This document shows, in pieces, positions 8,479 to 20,700 of a DNA stretch of 64,000 nucleotides. The DNA is taken from IMG/VR virus record IMGVR_UViG_3300022930_000001, positions 54,696 to 118,695 of that record. One strand, 5' to 3'. A program made the translations under genes and the position numbers. The notes under the pieces are model-generated. The model searched no databases. It was not told the origin of the DNA and saw nothing but the letters and a program-made list of their open reading frames with translations. Within the stretch, counting starts at the first letter, position 1; every line of letters begins with the position of its first letter. Origin of the DNA: a virus.

Positions 8479-11400
8479 TATCTACCTGCTTTTGAATTAA
8501 TAACTATTCCCATTTCTTGTGCTGCTTCAGGTTCAAATATTGCAATATAATTAAGCATTTCTTTAGTTACAGGAAAAGTTTTCATTATATATTTTACTGG
8601 ATGTGTAGAGTCAACTAAATCCTGATCACCAATAGTATATCCAAATATTTCTGTTGCTAAATTTGTAAATATTTTAGTTATATCTGAAAGTACTCCCAGA
8701 CCCGGAAATATTCCTCCAGATAATATATGCTGAAGAGACATCGGATTATAATAAAATGACATTTCCTGAGTTATATTATCCATTGTACGTAAATAATAAC
8801 CATATGCTGCCTTAGTTGTTTTATCTTCATCATCTTCTGGTGCAAAATATTTCGCAGCTAAAAACATCGAAATAAGACCTAGAACAAGTAATGTATCCTT
8901 TACTTGTGATCTAAGATTTTGACGAACTAAATCATAAAATTCAGCTTCAGTCATTTCTAACTGTTTATTATTTTTTTCAAAATAATCTTTTTTCTTTTGT
9001 TCATATAGTTTTTGCAATCCATTAATACCATCTTTAGTAGCATAAACAGTATCATATATTTTCTTTATATTGGGTAATAAATTCCAAGAAAAATATCGAA
9101 TTGCCATACGCATTTTACCCCATTCATAAGAATCAGTTCCTGCTATATAACTTAATGGTTGTGCTCTTTGATAAATAAGATTAGGAACCCAGTTTTTAAA
9201 CATCATAAAAGATCTACCTAGAATAGTAAAACGTATTTGACTTTCATCGTTAGGTGATATATTGCCCGCTGCACGTTTACCTATTTGTTGAACTAATGAA
9301 CGATATTTATGAATTGATTCTTCTGTTGCGTCACCTATTTTAAATTTACCATCTACTACATTCGCTTTTTTAGCTACTCCAAATTGTTCTTTAAGTTCTT
9401 TTACTTTATTATCAAAATCTTTTTCTAATTTTCTGCTATCTGCTTCAGATAGATTATATCTATTTTGATATTCTTTAGTAGAAGCATAGTACGCTCTTGC
9501 ATTTACTAGTTTTTTATCTATAACTATTGCATTATCCATCATAGCTAAGAAGTTAGCATATTGAACAACACTATCTGCATTACGCATTATAGACATTATC
9601 AGATCTGAAGCCGAATGTTTAGTAAGATTAGAAAGTGACATATTATTCATCATCCTTTGTAATGATTCATCTCCAAGAGGTAAAAATGTTTTCATCATTG
9701 CAAGATGTACATTTTCCTTATCTCCTATAAATTTATGAGTTGCAAATTTCCATTCTGCAGCAAAAAACTCTGATTTATTATAATATTTACCTTCTGTGAC
9801 AAATGCTTGAAAATTACCACCCATAAACTGTGCAATAGAAGAAGCTACATTTAAACCAAGTGTTTTCATAGTAAACATTCTATTACCTGCATCGATTACT
9901 TTTACTAAAGATAAATTTCGAGTTTTAATTTCATCTGATACTTTGGGTAAAGTTGTACCAAATCTATTATTCATAGTTTCAGCAATACTATTCCATTTAT
10001 TGGCAATACCCTCTCCAACTTTTCCTAATAATACATCTGATGATTCTGAAGTAATATATTTTTGACCATAAAGATTATTTTTTATATAATTCTTTAAGAA
10101 TTTAGAATTTACTTCATTAGATTCATTTGGAAATTGCAAAGCATCTTTAATAAGATTACCATATTGATTTATTTGTAAAGATTGTTTATTTTTTTCTACA
10201 AAATAAAGTGCATTTGCAAGTCCTTCTACATTTTTCTTATTTTCATATTCTACTACTTGTTTAGTATAAATTGCAAGATTTTTAAATATATCGTCTGATA
10301 CATTAGAATAATCTTGATAAGAATTACCATCTTTATCTATTTTTGCTTGAGATATATCTGAAGTAAAATATTTAGGAATAGTATCTTCTATTTCACCTGT
10401 TAATGGATTAAAATTACCATATCCAACAGATTCATCATCTATTGATAAACTCGAAATTAAACTTTCTATAGGATTAAAACTTCCACCAAACACAAATTTT
10501 TCAGCAATAATTTTTCTAATAAAAGGTAAAAAGTTTTTATACTTTTGTGCTGTTAAATATTCTGATTCTTTTGCTTTAGTATTTATTTCTAATGCATAAT
10601 TATATAAAGCAAGAACTGATTCATTTTTTTGAAGTTCTTGATATTCTTTACTTAACCATTTATCCGTAGGAAATTGACGAAGACCTATTAAGTTAGTATA
10701 AGGAACATTTGAATTAAGATTTGTGATATATTCTAAATCAAGTTTCGCTTTTGTTTTAGCGTTAGCTTGTTCTTCCTTATCTCCTAAATATGTAGATTCA
10801 TCAATTTGTTTAATTTTATTTGCTTTATAATCGTTAATCCATTTTTCAAATTTTACAACATCAATATTTGCCTTAATCCACTTATAATCTTTAGCTTCAA
10901 TTTTATTTTTTAATTCTTTATAAAATTCAGAACTATATTTATCTATAAGTTGATTGACACCTTTACCACTTACTTGTTTTTCAATAAGTTTTTTATAATC
11001 AGAAATTTTTAATCTTTTAGATTTATAAGATTCTTTTAAATCTTTTTCTATTTGAATTAAACGTTCAACATAATCTTGTGTTTGTAATTCTGTTTTATTT
11101 CGGAATTCTTCTGCGATTAACCAATATGTTTGTACTGCTTTAGTAGGTGCTGAAGATAATGTTCTAAAATTTCTATCTACAGTATTTACAGATTTTTCTG
11201 CTTCTAATAAATCTCTAATATTTCTTTTTTCAGATATATATTTAGAAGTAAATTTATTAAATATTAATTTAACATTTTTACTGGCACTTCTTGCTTCGGC
11301 AGCCAATTGTTTGATATCTTTAAGATCATCTTTATGTTTGTCTAAATTTTCTTTAAAAAAATCTTCAAAATAAAGATCAATATCTTTGTATATTTCTAAA

Positions 11401-14400
11401 GCTTCTGCTAAATTATTTAATTTTATAGCTTCTTCATTTAATTCTAAATTAGTAAAATCTTCAAAAGATTTACCTTCAAAATCTAATTTATGCTTTTGCA
11501 ATAACTCATTTGTATTTTCTATTTGATTCTCAACCTGAGTAAAAAGAGGTCTAAAATTATTTGTCAATTGTAAATGACGAATTGTAGTAAATATTGCATT
11601 TAATTCTGAATACTTAATATCTCTACGACCTTCTATTACTGGAGCTTCATTAATAGTTTTATATAATGAATTAAGCTTTTGAATATATTTATCTATTTGT
11701 TCATTACCTGTTTTTTCATCTCTAACAGGAATAGGTTGTAGATATTCTAATTCATCATCTGTTACAGTAGCATTTCCTATTTTAAGTTTATTAAGTATTT
11801 TCTTATTACTGATTTTCTTAAAGTTTAATACAATAGGTATTGCTCTAGTATCTCCAAATTCTTTAACTCCATAAGCCTCACGTAAAATATTTTTAGTTTG
11901 ACCTATGTATTTTTGCATAGATTCACGCTGAGTTTTAGATATGTCTTTTTTAGGCTCATTTATGAATTCCCAAGTAAATATATCTACTTCTCCTGAAGGT
12001 TTAACAGCTAAGAAATCTGCAGTAGTTACTCTTGATTTAGCTTCATTATAAAGAATAGTATTATAAAGGAATTTAGTTCCTTTAGGATAAGTTAAAAGCC
12101 TTTCCTTAATATTTTTATCTAAAGTATCATAAAACTTTTGAGAAGCTGCTAATTGAGAATCATTAGTTTTTTCTAAAAATTGATCTCGCAAAGAACCATC
12201 CTTATCTATATAAAGATTTAGTATATTATTAATATCGTTTTTACCTTTTTCTGAATATTCAGATATAAATTCATCCTTATTATTTTCAGAAGCAAAAGAA
12301 TATTTAATTACATTATCATTAATTTTATAAATATTATTTTCTTTAATTACTTTAGAATTAATATCTTGAATCGAATTAATTATTTTAGATTGTTCTTGTA
12401 AATTATCTTCAGGATTTACTAAACGATAATAAATTTCACCAAGATCTCGCTTTTGATCTATATTTACTTGATTCCATTCATTACCGTATTCATCCTTTAT
12501 ACGAACTATATTATCCTTACCGTATATCTTATTAAGAGTATTCTTTACTCTATTCTCGTAGAAGTCATATATGGGTTTGAGTGCTGCAAAACCCTCAGAT
12601 TCAACTCTTTTAAGTTCTTCTTTAAGTTGGCTAATTTCATTACTATTATCCTTTTTACCAACTATAATTTGGATGCTTGCATCTGCTGCATTTTTTGCAG
12701 ATTCTGCTTGTTCCTTTGTGCTATACGTTTCTGTCCAAGCTTCTTCAGATTCAATATCTTTAAAATAAACTTCCCATTTATCTCTTTCAAGTTCTTTTAT
12801 CCTATCCTCTTTCTGTTTCTTAAAGTCCTCTATAGTCTCGTGACCCTCTACCTTACTAGCTGTATCTCCAGTAGGGAATAATACTTTCTCATATCCTTTC
12901 TTAGCACTATCCTGTACTATTGTCTTGATGAAGAAGTTGATCCAGTTACCTTCTTTATTAAGAAGTTGCAGAAAGTTATTTTTATTCTCATTTCTTTGGA
13001 TAGTACCTAGGTAATCATCATACTCATTCTGAGTAATTTTGTTTCTTGCCAGCATATCGTCTATAGTAGATTTCTGCATATTCATTGCAATTAAATCACC
13101 CTTATCTCTACCCTTCTGAAAGAGATCTGATTGTAGTTCAAGTATTCTACGTGTTTTAGTATTACCAAATGAATTAACCTTATTTATTTGTGTATTCTGA
13201 AATTCTTCCCAAGAATTATATATACCCAAACTTATTGCTTTACCAAAGTTTGAACCTATAGCTTCTTTGAATACTTCAATCTTGTTATCACTTAATTCTT
13301 CGTAAGAAAGATTATCTTCATCTTTTGTTACATAATTACTACCATCTGTATTCAACTTATCATCACTTCTAAACCAACCTATACCATTATCAGTAGCAAA
13401 TTGAGCGTGGCCTTTGATTGAAGGAGTAATGCCCGGAGTGGATATTTCATTTTCAGTATAGTTAGTACCTCCGGGAACTGCGAGATTGGAATAATAATCA
13501 GTATTATTTCCTTTATTAAGAGATTCTATTTTATTAATTTCCTCTTTTGTTGCAGGAATTTCATTTTCATAACCCTGTGAAGAATTCATCCATTGCCCCC
13601 TTACATTTCTAAACCATTTTCCATCTATTTGGACTTCTTCACCTGTTATTTTATCAGATATTCCCGCACTTCTAGCAGTATTTACCTCTACAGTATAAGA
13701 CATTTCTGCCATTATACCTAATTCAGCTTCTTCAAGAGTATTTACTTTATTAGTTTGTAGCCATTGTTTTAAAATATCTACTTGTTGTTTAGGTACGCCT
13801 AAATCTTGTGATAATTTGTTAAAGAATACCTCTTCATTACCTTTTTTATAGATATTATTGAAGAATGTATTTGCTTTAGATTCTCTAAGAGCTTTTACTA
13901 ATTTTAAAGTTGCATTTACTGCATTTTGATTTTGGTTATTAAAATATGAACCATTTGCAAATTGAACATCTGCAATTGTACCTGTAAATAGCTTATTACC
14001 TAATAAATAATCCGTTGTTTCTTCAAATGGATTAAATCCTGGTTTTTTAAATATATTTTTAAGCCAATCCAATAATTTAGATAACCATTGTTGGGCAATA
14101 TTCATTTTTTCAATATCCTCTGAAGGATATGTGAATGAATCTACTTCATTAGTATTACCTTCTTTTTTAGCAAGCATTTCTGCAATGAGTTTACCCATTG
14201 CTTCTTTCTTGAGCTTTTTAATATCTTTTTTACCATCTGTTTGATAAGAAGGATTATTAACATATAGTGGATCTTGCATAACTAGATCAAATATCTTATA
14301 TTGACCTATTTTATTAAACATCTCATTATAAAGCTTAGGATTAGTCTGCTCTATAATTTCAACAATCATGTGTGCTGCTTCTTCACCTATAGTAAAGCGT

Positions 14401-14699
14401 TCATCTCCATCAATCATTGCAATAATACCTTTTAAAGTATCTGCAAATCCTACAGATTTATCATTATTAGTATAATATTTCCATTCATCTTTAGAGAATT
14501 TATGAACATCAATACCTGCTTTTTCAAGAAAAGTATTTACTTTTTTTATTGTTTTATCACTAAGTTGTGTATCTGTAGCGGTTTTACCAATAATTTTATT
14601 AAATACTCCTTCTGAAGAACTTTGTTCAGTAGCAAGTACCTTAGAAAGTTCTTCACGAGTATAAATTTCACCTTTGTATTTTAAAGAATTACATTTCAT
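8478..14699 (-). CDS. Giant virion-associated polyvalent protein adjacent to the vRNAP
   Basis: 2073 aa; zincin-like EEAAH segment, inserted PGGTNY/ELQSD domain, degenerate PD-(D/E)xK-like segment, helical C-terminal region with MFKNW; crAss-like position after the RNAP gene. Confidence 0.75.
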   Translation of the reverse strand: MKCNSLKYKGEIYTREELSKVLATEQSSSEGVFNKIIGKTATDTQLSDKTIKKVNTFLEKAGIDVHKFSKDEWKYYTNNDKSVGFADTLKGIIAMIDGDERFTIGEEAAHMIVEIIEQTNPKLYNEMFNKIGQYKIFDLVMQDPLYVNNPSYQTDGKKDIKKLKKEAMGKLIAEMLAKKEGNTNEVDSFTYPSEDIEKMNIAQQWLSKLLDWLKNIFKKPGFNPFEETTDYLLGNKLFTGTIADVQFANGSYFNNQNQNAVNATLKLVKALRESKANTFFNNIYKKGNEEVFFNKLSQDLGVPKQQVDILKQWLQTNKVNTLEEAELGIMAEMSYTVEVNTARSAGISDKITGEEVQIDGKWFRNVRGQWMNSSQGYENEIPATKEEINKIESLNKGNNTDYYSNLAVPGGTNYTENEISTPGITPSIKGHAQFATDNGIGWFRSDDKLNTDGSNYVTKDEDNLSYEELSDNKIEVFKEAIGSNFGKAISLGIYNSWEEFQNTQINKVNSFGNTKTRRILELQSDLFQKGRDKGDLIAMNMQKSTIDDMLARNKITQNEYDDYLGTIQRNENKNNFLQLLNKEGNWINFFIKTIVQDSAKKGYEKVLFPTGDTASKVEGHETIEDFKKQKEDRIKELERDKWEVYFKDIESEEAWTETYSTKEQAESAKNAADASIQIIVGKKDNSNEISQLKEELKRVESEGFAALKPIYDFYENRVKNTLNKIYGKDNIVRIKDEYGNEWNQVNIDQKRDLGEIYYRLVNPEDNLQEQSKIINSIQDINSKVIKENNIYKINDNVIKYSFASENNKDEFISEYSEKGKNDINNILNLYIDKDGSLRDQFLEKTNDSQLAASQKFYDTLDKNIKERLLTYPKGTKFLYNTILYNEAKSRVTTADFLAVKPSGEVDIFTWEFINEPKKDISKTQRESMQKYIGQTKNILREAYGVKEFGDTRAIPIVLNFKKISNKKILNKLKIGNATVTDDELEYLQPIPVRDEKTGNEQIDKYIQKLNSLYKTINEAPVIEGRRDIKYSELNAIFTTIRHLQLTNNFRPLFTQVENQIENTNELLQKHKLDFEGKSFEDFTNLELNEEAIKLNNLAEALEIYKDIDLYFEDFFKENLDKHKDDLKDIKQLAAEARSASKNVKLIFNKFTSKYISEKRNIRDLLEAEKSVNTVDRNFRTLSSAPTKAVQTYWLIAEEFRNKTELQTQDYVERLIQIEKDLKESYKSKRLKISDYKKLIEKQVSGKGVNQLIDKYSSEFYKELKNKIEAKDYKWIKANIDVVKFEKWINDYKANKIKQIDESTYLGDKEEQANAKTKAKLDLEYITNLNSNVPYTNLIGLRQFPTDKWLSKEYQELQKNESVLALYNYALEINTKAKESEYLTAQKYKNFLPFIRKIIAEKFVFGGSFNPIESLISSLSIDDESVGYGNFNPLTGEIEDTIPKYFTSDISQAKIDKDGNSYQDYSNVSDDIFKNLAIYTKQVVEYENKKNVEGLANALYFVEKNKQSLQINQYGNLIKDALQFPNESNEVNSKFLKNYIKNNLYGQKYITSESSDVLLGKVGEGIANKWNSIAETMNNRFGTTLPKVSDEIKTRNLSLVKVIDAGNRMFTMKTLGLNVASSIAQFMGGNFQAFVTEGKYYNKSEFFAAEWKFATHKFIGDKENVHLAMMKTFLPLGDESLQRMMNNMSLSNLTKHSASDLIMSIMRNADSVVQYANFLAMMDNAIVIDKKLVNARAYYASTKEYQNRYNLSEADSRKLEKDFDNKVKELKEQFGVAKKANVVDGKFKIGDATEESIHKYRSLVQQIGKRAAGNISPNDESQIRFTILGRSFMMFKNWVPNLIYQRAQPLSYIAGTDSYEWGKMRMAIRYFSWNLLPNIKKIYDTVYATKDGINGLQKLYEQKKKDYFEKNNKQLEMTEAEFYDLVRQNLRSQVKDTLLVLGLISMFLAAKYFAPEDDEDKTTKAAYGYYLRTMDNITQEMSFYYNPMSLQHILSGGIFPGLGVLSDITKIFTNLATEIFGYTIGDQDLVDSTHPVKYIMKTFPVTKEMLNYIAIFEPEAAQEMGIVINSKAGR

Positions 14700-14702
14700 A
14701 AA

Positions 14703-17700
14703 TTAGCATTGTGGCTCAATTTCGCCATCATTAATCATATTATCAATTTGTTGATCAATAGAATTCTTCTCTTCAGAAGAAGATATTTCAGGATTTACAA
14801 TATTAGGTAAATTTTCTGATATATCCAAATTTTCTTGTATATTCTGGGCTTTATTTGTATTTAATCTATTTGCATAAGCTCTTACTATTTCTTGCATAGA
14901 TAATTCATTTTCAATTTTATATCCCGCATTATTAGTAACTGAAGGTCTGATATCAGTATAATACTCTTGAAGTTTCATACCATCACCTAATGGATTAATA
15001 GGTACATAAAGATAAAATCCGTTATCAGAAACAAATCCACTTGAATAGGTATTGAGTATTTCTATAGGTGTACCTGTTTCATCTTCCACTCTTTGCAACA
15101 ATATAGTTCTTTTATTAGTTTCATTTTCTGCATCTATCGGTGTTGGATAAGTATTCATAGTTATAAAACTATTATTTGCAACACCTTTTTTAGAAAATAT
15201 TTTATAAAGAGTATATTTATTATCTGTTATTCCTTTAGATTCTTTTAGGGCACTAAACCATTGTGGAGTACGTGGAAATTTATATTTACTTAATAAAGTA
15301 TCATCAAAATCTTCATTAATATTTGGAACTAAATCAGTATTTTTCCAATTATTTCTAAAGAACTGTCCTGTTTGAACAAATTCCTGAAGATTTGGTGCTC
15401 CAGTAATATTTTTTAACACATCTGCTATTTTAGTAGAATAATCTTCATAAGGAATAAATTTACTAAAAGCAATTGGTGATTGTCCTAAGCCTGATTGAAG
15501 AATAGAAAGATCTATTATGTTAGAGTATAATTCTTGTGTAATAGGGTTATCTCTTAATTCTCTAAAAGCATTAGTATAAACATCTGCTGTAAATACATCT
15601 TGAGGCTTCTGAGCAATAGTTATGTTTTTAACTTCACTGCGTTTGTTACCTACTAAAGATATTAGTTCTTGTAATATTTTATTATTAGCAAGATCTGAAT
15701 TTTTATGATTTTTAGTAAGATCTTTCTTTAATTCCCAAACTTGTTTTGCAAGATTCTTTTCAGTATCAAGCATAAGTTCTTGAATCCTAGTATTTGTTCC
15801 TAAGTTAGTTTGCACTATATAAGAAAGATAAGATTCTTCTACTTGCCTTGCTGCTTTTTCAAAATTTATACCTGAAGAAGGTAATTGAGATAAAACTTTT
15901 TCTATATTACCACGTATAATATCATTATAAATACTATAAGACTGGCTAATTGCTTTAGAAGATTTTTGAACCTTATCTACAACAGCTCCCAAGCTTGTAT
16001 TATCTAATAAACTATTTATTGATGTCCAAATATTATTAGTTTGCACAGCAACTAATAAATTAGTTTTTCTAAACTGCTGATTAGGCTCAGACTGAGGGTT
16101 TGTATCATAAGAAGTTGCTCTTTGAAAGTTAAAAAGATGTGTTGCAAGAACACTATATTTTAAATATTCATAAAGAATAGTTTTTTGCTGTTCATTCTCT
16201 TCTTGTGTAAATTTCTTACCTGAATAGAATTTTTCTATATTTCCTTTAAGAGATTTAGTATCTATACTATTTATAGTAATTGGATTAAGTAAGATACCAT
16301 TTTTAAAGAACTGTGGTAATAGACCAAATTTAGATAAAATATCTTTTATATTTTTATCATTATAAAGCCAAGCTGTTTTTCTATCATTAAGAAGTTTATT
16401 ATACTCACGTATAATAGGTTGATTTAAAAAGAATATTACATCTCTATCTGGTACACCAAGTTTTTCAAGGAATAATCCTGTACTAAATGAAGCTGTATTC
16501 TGAAATAATTGTGTTACCCAAGGATCTTTTGCAATATCCACTGGTCCATCTATATAACGAGATATTTTATCAGATATAAATTCACCTGCTTTATCTTTTG
16601 CTTTAGATAGTGTGGGAAGTGTTTTTCCTTCAAATACAGTTGTATTATGAGGTAACATTATATTTGCGTTACCTATCCATTTTCTTTCATTATCATCAAG
16701 TTTATCTAACTGTTCAGGATTTAATACAATCTGTGTAGATTGATTTAAAGCATTATTAGTTTGAGAAGATGCTGATATACCAACCCATGCCTTACCTATT
16801 AGGAATAGATGCCTCATATTGGACATATACTGCCTATTAAGGATTGATTTATCCTTAGCACTACTAAACTCATTAGGAGCTATAGTTTCAAGCTCTACAC
16901 GTAAAGCTTTACCTATATCTGCAGAGTTAGGACGTATAAGTCGTTCATAGTTTTCAGGAAGAAGTATTAAATCAGAAAGAGAATCAAAATATTCATTCTG
17001 CAATGATTCACCATACATTCTATCTGCTATTTTATTAACAGAATAAATATCAAAATCATCTCCTAGTATTTGAGCGATATATTCTTCATCTGTACCATTA
17101 AATTCAATATCTATTTCATCAAATTTAGCTCTAGCTTCTTTACCAAAACCAAAATAAGGAATAGGCTTTATATTACCTGATTCATCAAGATATATATTCT
17201 TAAGATAAGTATTTAGTTTATCCACATCAAAGTCACCACCAGATTTAGTAGTAATTGCTTCAGGAAGAACTATTGTATCTCCCATCCATTTAGGTATAAA
17301 ACCTTTAATGATGAAAGCTTCTACAGAGTTTAATTCCTGTGTAGGAATACGATAGCCAATACCTTTTAATACTTCTCTACCTTCTTTAGTATTATTTAAA
17401 TGTTCAAGAATATCTGCTTCAGAGGCGTTTTTCCACCTTTTACTTGTTTTAATTTTATCCCAAAAGAACATTGGTAATAATACTTCCATTCTACCTACAG
17501 AAGTTCTTATTCCTTGCTCATTATAAGTAGCAGAATAGAATTTTAATCCATTAGATACAAGTACATCTTTACCATCCTTTTTAGCTTTCTTTACTGTTCG
17601 TCCACCTATCTCAAAGCCTGTACCTGCTAATTGTATTTTAGGGCCACCATGCATTTTTGGTTTTGCAATAAGCTTGTCAACAAAACTGTAAAGAATATCT

Positions 17701-20700
17701 TTTATTTGTTGATAATTAGACATTGCTTCAAAAGGTATTATAAAATTACCATCTTTACCTACTTGTATTGCATCCTTAAGATTTTGAGGAGATTCTCTTC
17801 TAAAGAGTTCATTTTTAAGAAGTTTTGCAACTTTATTTTTATCTGGAGCTGTAAAATAACCACTTTTATCTTTTATTCCAAGCTTCTTTAGAAGTTCTTC
17901 ATAGCCATAATTAGTTATATTACGTAATGCTTCATTGTGGCGTTCTATTTTTTTCTGAATAGCTTCTGTTTGTGCTTGACCATTATCCCTAAGATTAACT
18001 ATTCCAAGTTTAGATAACTGACTACCAAGCGGACCTTCGTAATGACCACCTGCAGTTTCAACTTGAACTCCATAATATCTATGTGGTACATTAACAATTG
18101 TATTATATTTGTCTTTATTTACAGAACCATCTTCGTTATAAAGACTATCTGCATTTTGACCACCAAGTTTACGACCTGATTCCATTATTGCATATCCAAT
18201 ACCTTGCTTCCACATTTTTAAATAATGCGGTTCAAGTGCAGTACCTCTTACAAAAGTATAAGATAATGGAGCAAGAGATGTTTTATCAAGAAATATCTTT
18301 CCATCTAAAGTAATACCTGAGCCAATTGGTTTAATAACATGGAATTGTGCTTCACCTTTATAGCCTTCAGCTACTTTTTTAGTATCTTGAACTTTAAGAC
18401 TTGGTTTATAGTAATTTGCACTATCTTTATCATCATTAAGATGACCATCTTCATACATTGCTTGCCTATCTAGAGCAGTTACATACTGAAATAAGGCTTC
18501 ATGATCCTTACTGAATCTTCCACCATTCTTATAAAGAATTTCTCTATATGCAGGTAAAAATGCCCATGACTGTCCATCTGAAGGATTAGTTATTTCATAA
18601 TCATCAGCATATTGTGCAACACCTTCAGATTTATCATTAACAATACTTACAGCATCACCTAAATCGGTTCTTGCATCACTAGTTCTTAAATCTTTAATAG
18701 TTACTGTAGGAATAAATTCTTTATGCTTCCAATAACCATAATCATTAGGAGTAAGTTCAATATTTTCAGCTTTATTTAGTTCTTCATTTAAAGATCTGTT
18801 CAAGGCTTCGGAAGCGTACATAGCACTTTCTCTTGGAGAAAAGAATGATTTGTAACGTTTAAGAGGATCTTTAATTACAGAAGGATCACCAAAATACATC
18901 TTATGCATTTCGATATGATTAATCATATAATTAGTTTCAGTAAACTTAAATAACTGAGTTAATTCAGCTTCTGTAAAAGATTTACCCAAATGATTTGTAG
19001 CTAAAAATTCATCATCAAGTCCTTTTAATATAAACTTATCAGGAGTATTTTTATTAGAAGTAATTACATTGTTATCTTTCAAATATTTAATTATTGAAGT
19101 AACATTAGTGTCTATATAATTAATAAATTTATCTTTATTTAAATCTACAGTACTATAATTACTATTAAAATCTTTATGATACATAGTAGACTTATAAATA
19201 GACTGTTCATTCTTATCTAGTTTGATCTGTCCTTGTGTATCTGTAGCAATTCTTTTTTCAGTTTTATAGTAATTATTAAAAGTTCTATATATTACATCAT
19301 TAACATCATTGTTTGCAAATCTATCAAAAGGTACTATGTGTTCCATTTTAAGCATCCACTCTGTCTGAGCATCTGCGGGAACAAGCATATAATAATTCTT
19401 TTTAAGATTCATGTTTATTTGTTCTAGTAAACGAACAGGCGCGATCATTTTACTAATAGGTGTTTCTTCATCAGCTTCAGAATTAACTAAACCTTGATTA
19501 TAACCTATTTCAATAGATTTACCTGTTTTCTCACCTTCTTCTGTAAATAAGAATTTATTTAAATAAACTGAATCAGAACGATAATCTTCTGTTATAAATG
19601 GTAAACGCTGAATAAGATCATCTTTATCCTTACTACCATTTATATCATTAGTTAAATTAGATATAAAATTATTACCTACAAACTGCTGTTGTTTTTCACC
19701 ATCAATATTAGAAAAAGTAGATGTAGAATCTTCATTACCCCTAAGATATAAAGCAGCAATCTTATTGAAATTACCTGCACTATTCAAAGTACTTGGTGTT
19801 ATATCAATAACTTTATTTTTATTCTTTAAACTATTATTCAAATTAAGAACGGCTTTACTAAATTCTGTTTTATCAGATTCAGAAAGTTTATTATAAATTT
19901 GGTTAGTAAAAGGAATATTAAGATCGTTAAGATACTGTAGCTTATCAATAGCTGTTTTAAGAGGATTTGAGGCTATTTTAGAGCCATTAAATTCATATTG
20001 GTTGTCTTTGTCTATCTGTACAATATTATTAGGACTAGATACTGCTAATTTAAGTGTATCTAACCATTCTTGAGCTTTAGATTTAACAAGTGCATTTGTA
20101 TTAATAGCACGTACTCTTGAACCAGATTTACCTTCTTCATCCTTTCCTATAAAATGTATGTAAGCGTCAGGACGTTGTTTAGACATTACATTAAAGAATT
20201 TAGTACGTAAATTCCATGTATCTAAATCAACATTTGCCTGACCTATTTTTAATCTTTTATTTAAAGAAACATAGTTAGGATAATCTTTAGCAAGATCCAT
20301 TAATCTTTGTTCTTTTTCATCCCAAGTATTCACATCCCATAACTGATTAAGTAAGAAATTAAAAGTCTTACTATAGTTAGCCATCTTAGGCATTAAAGTA
20401 GCAGTATCTAATACTGGTTTAGTTCCTTTAGTTTTATCTATAGGATCAATATAAGTTGTTTCAGGTAATGTTGCCATCAAAAGCTTTACTGAATTAGAAG
20501 CATTCTTTTTAGCATCAACCTTAAATGAATTTACTAAATATCCTTCAGGATTATTAGCAGCATATTCGGTATTCTCAGCTTCTTTATTTGGATCTTTTTC
20601 AATATCTAAATCAAGAATAGATTCACCAGACAAATCTGCAACAATACTAAATGTTTTTAAATATTCTTCAACTAATGCGTTAACATTTTTATTATCTGCT

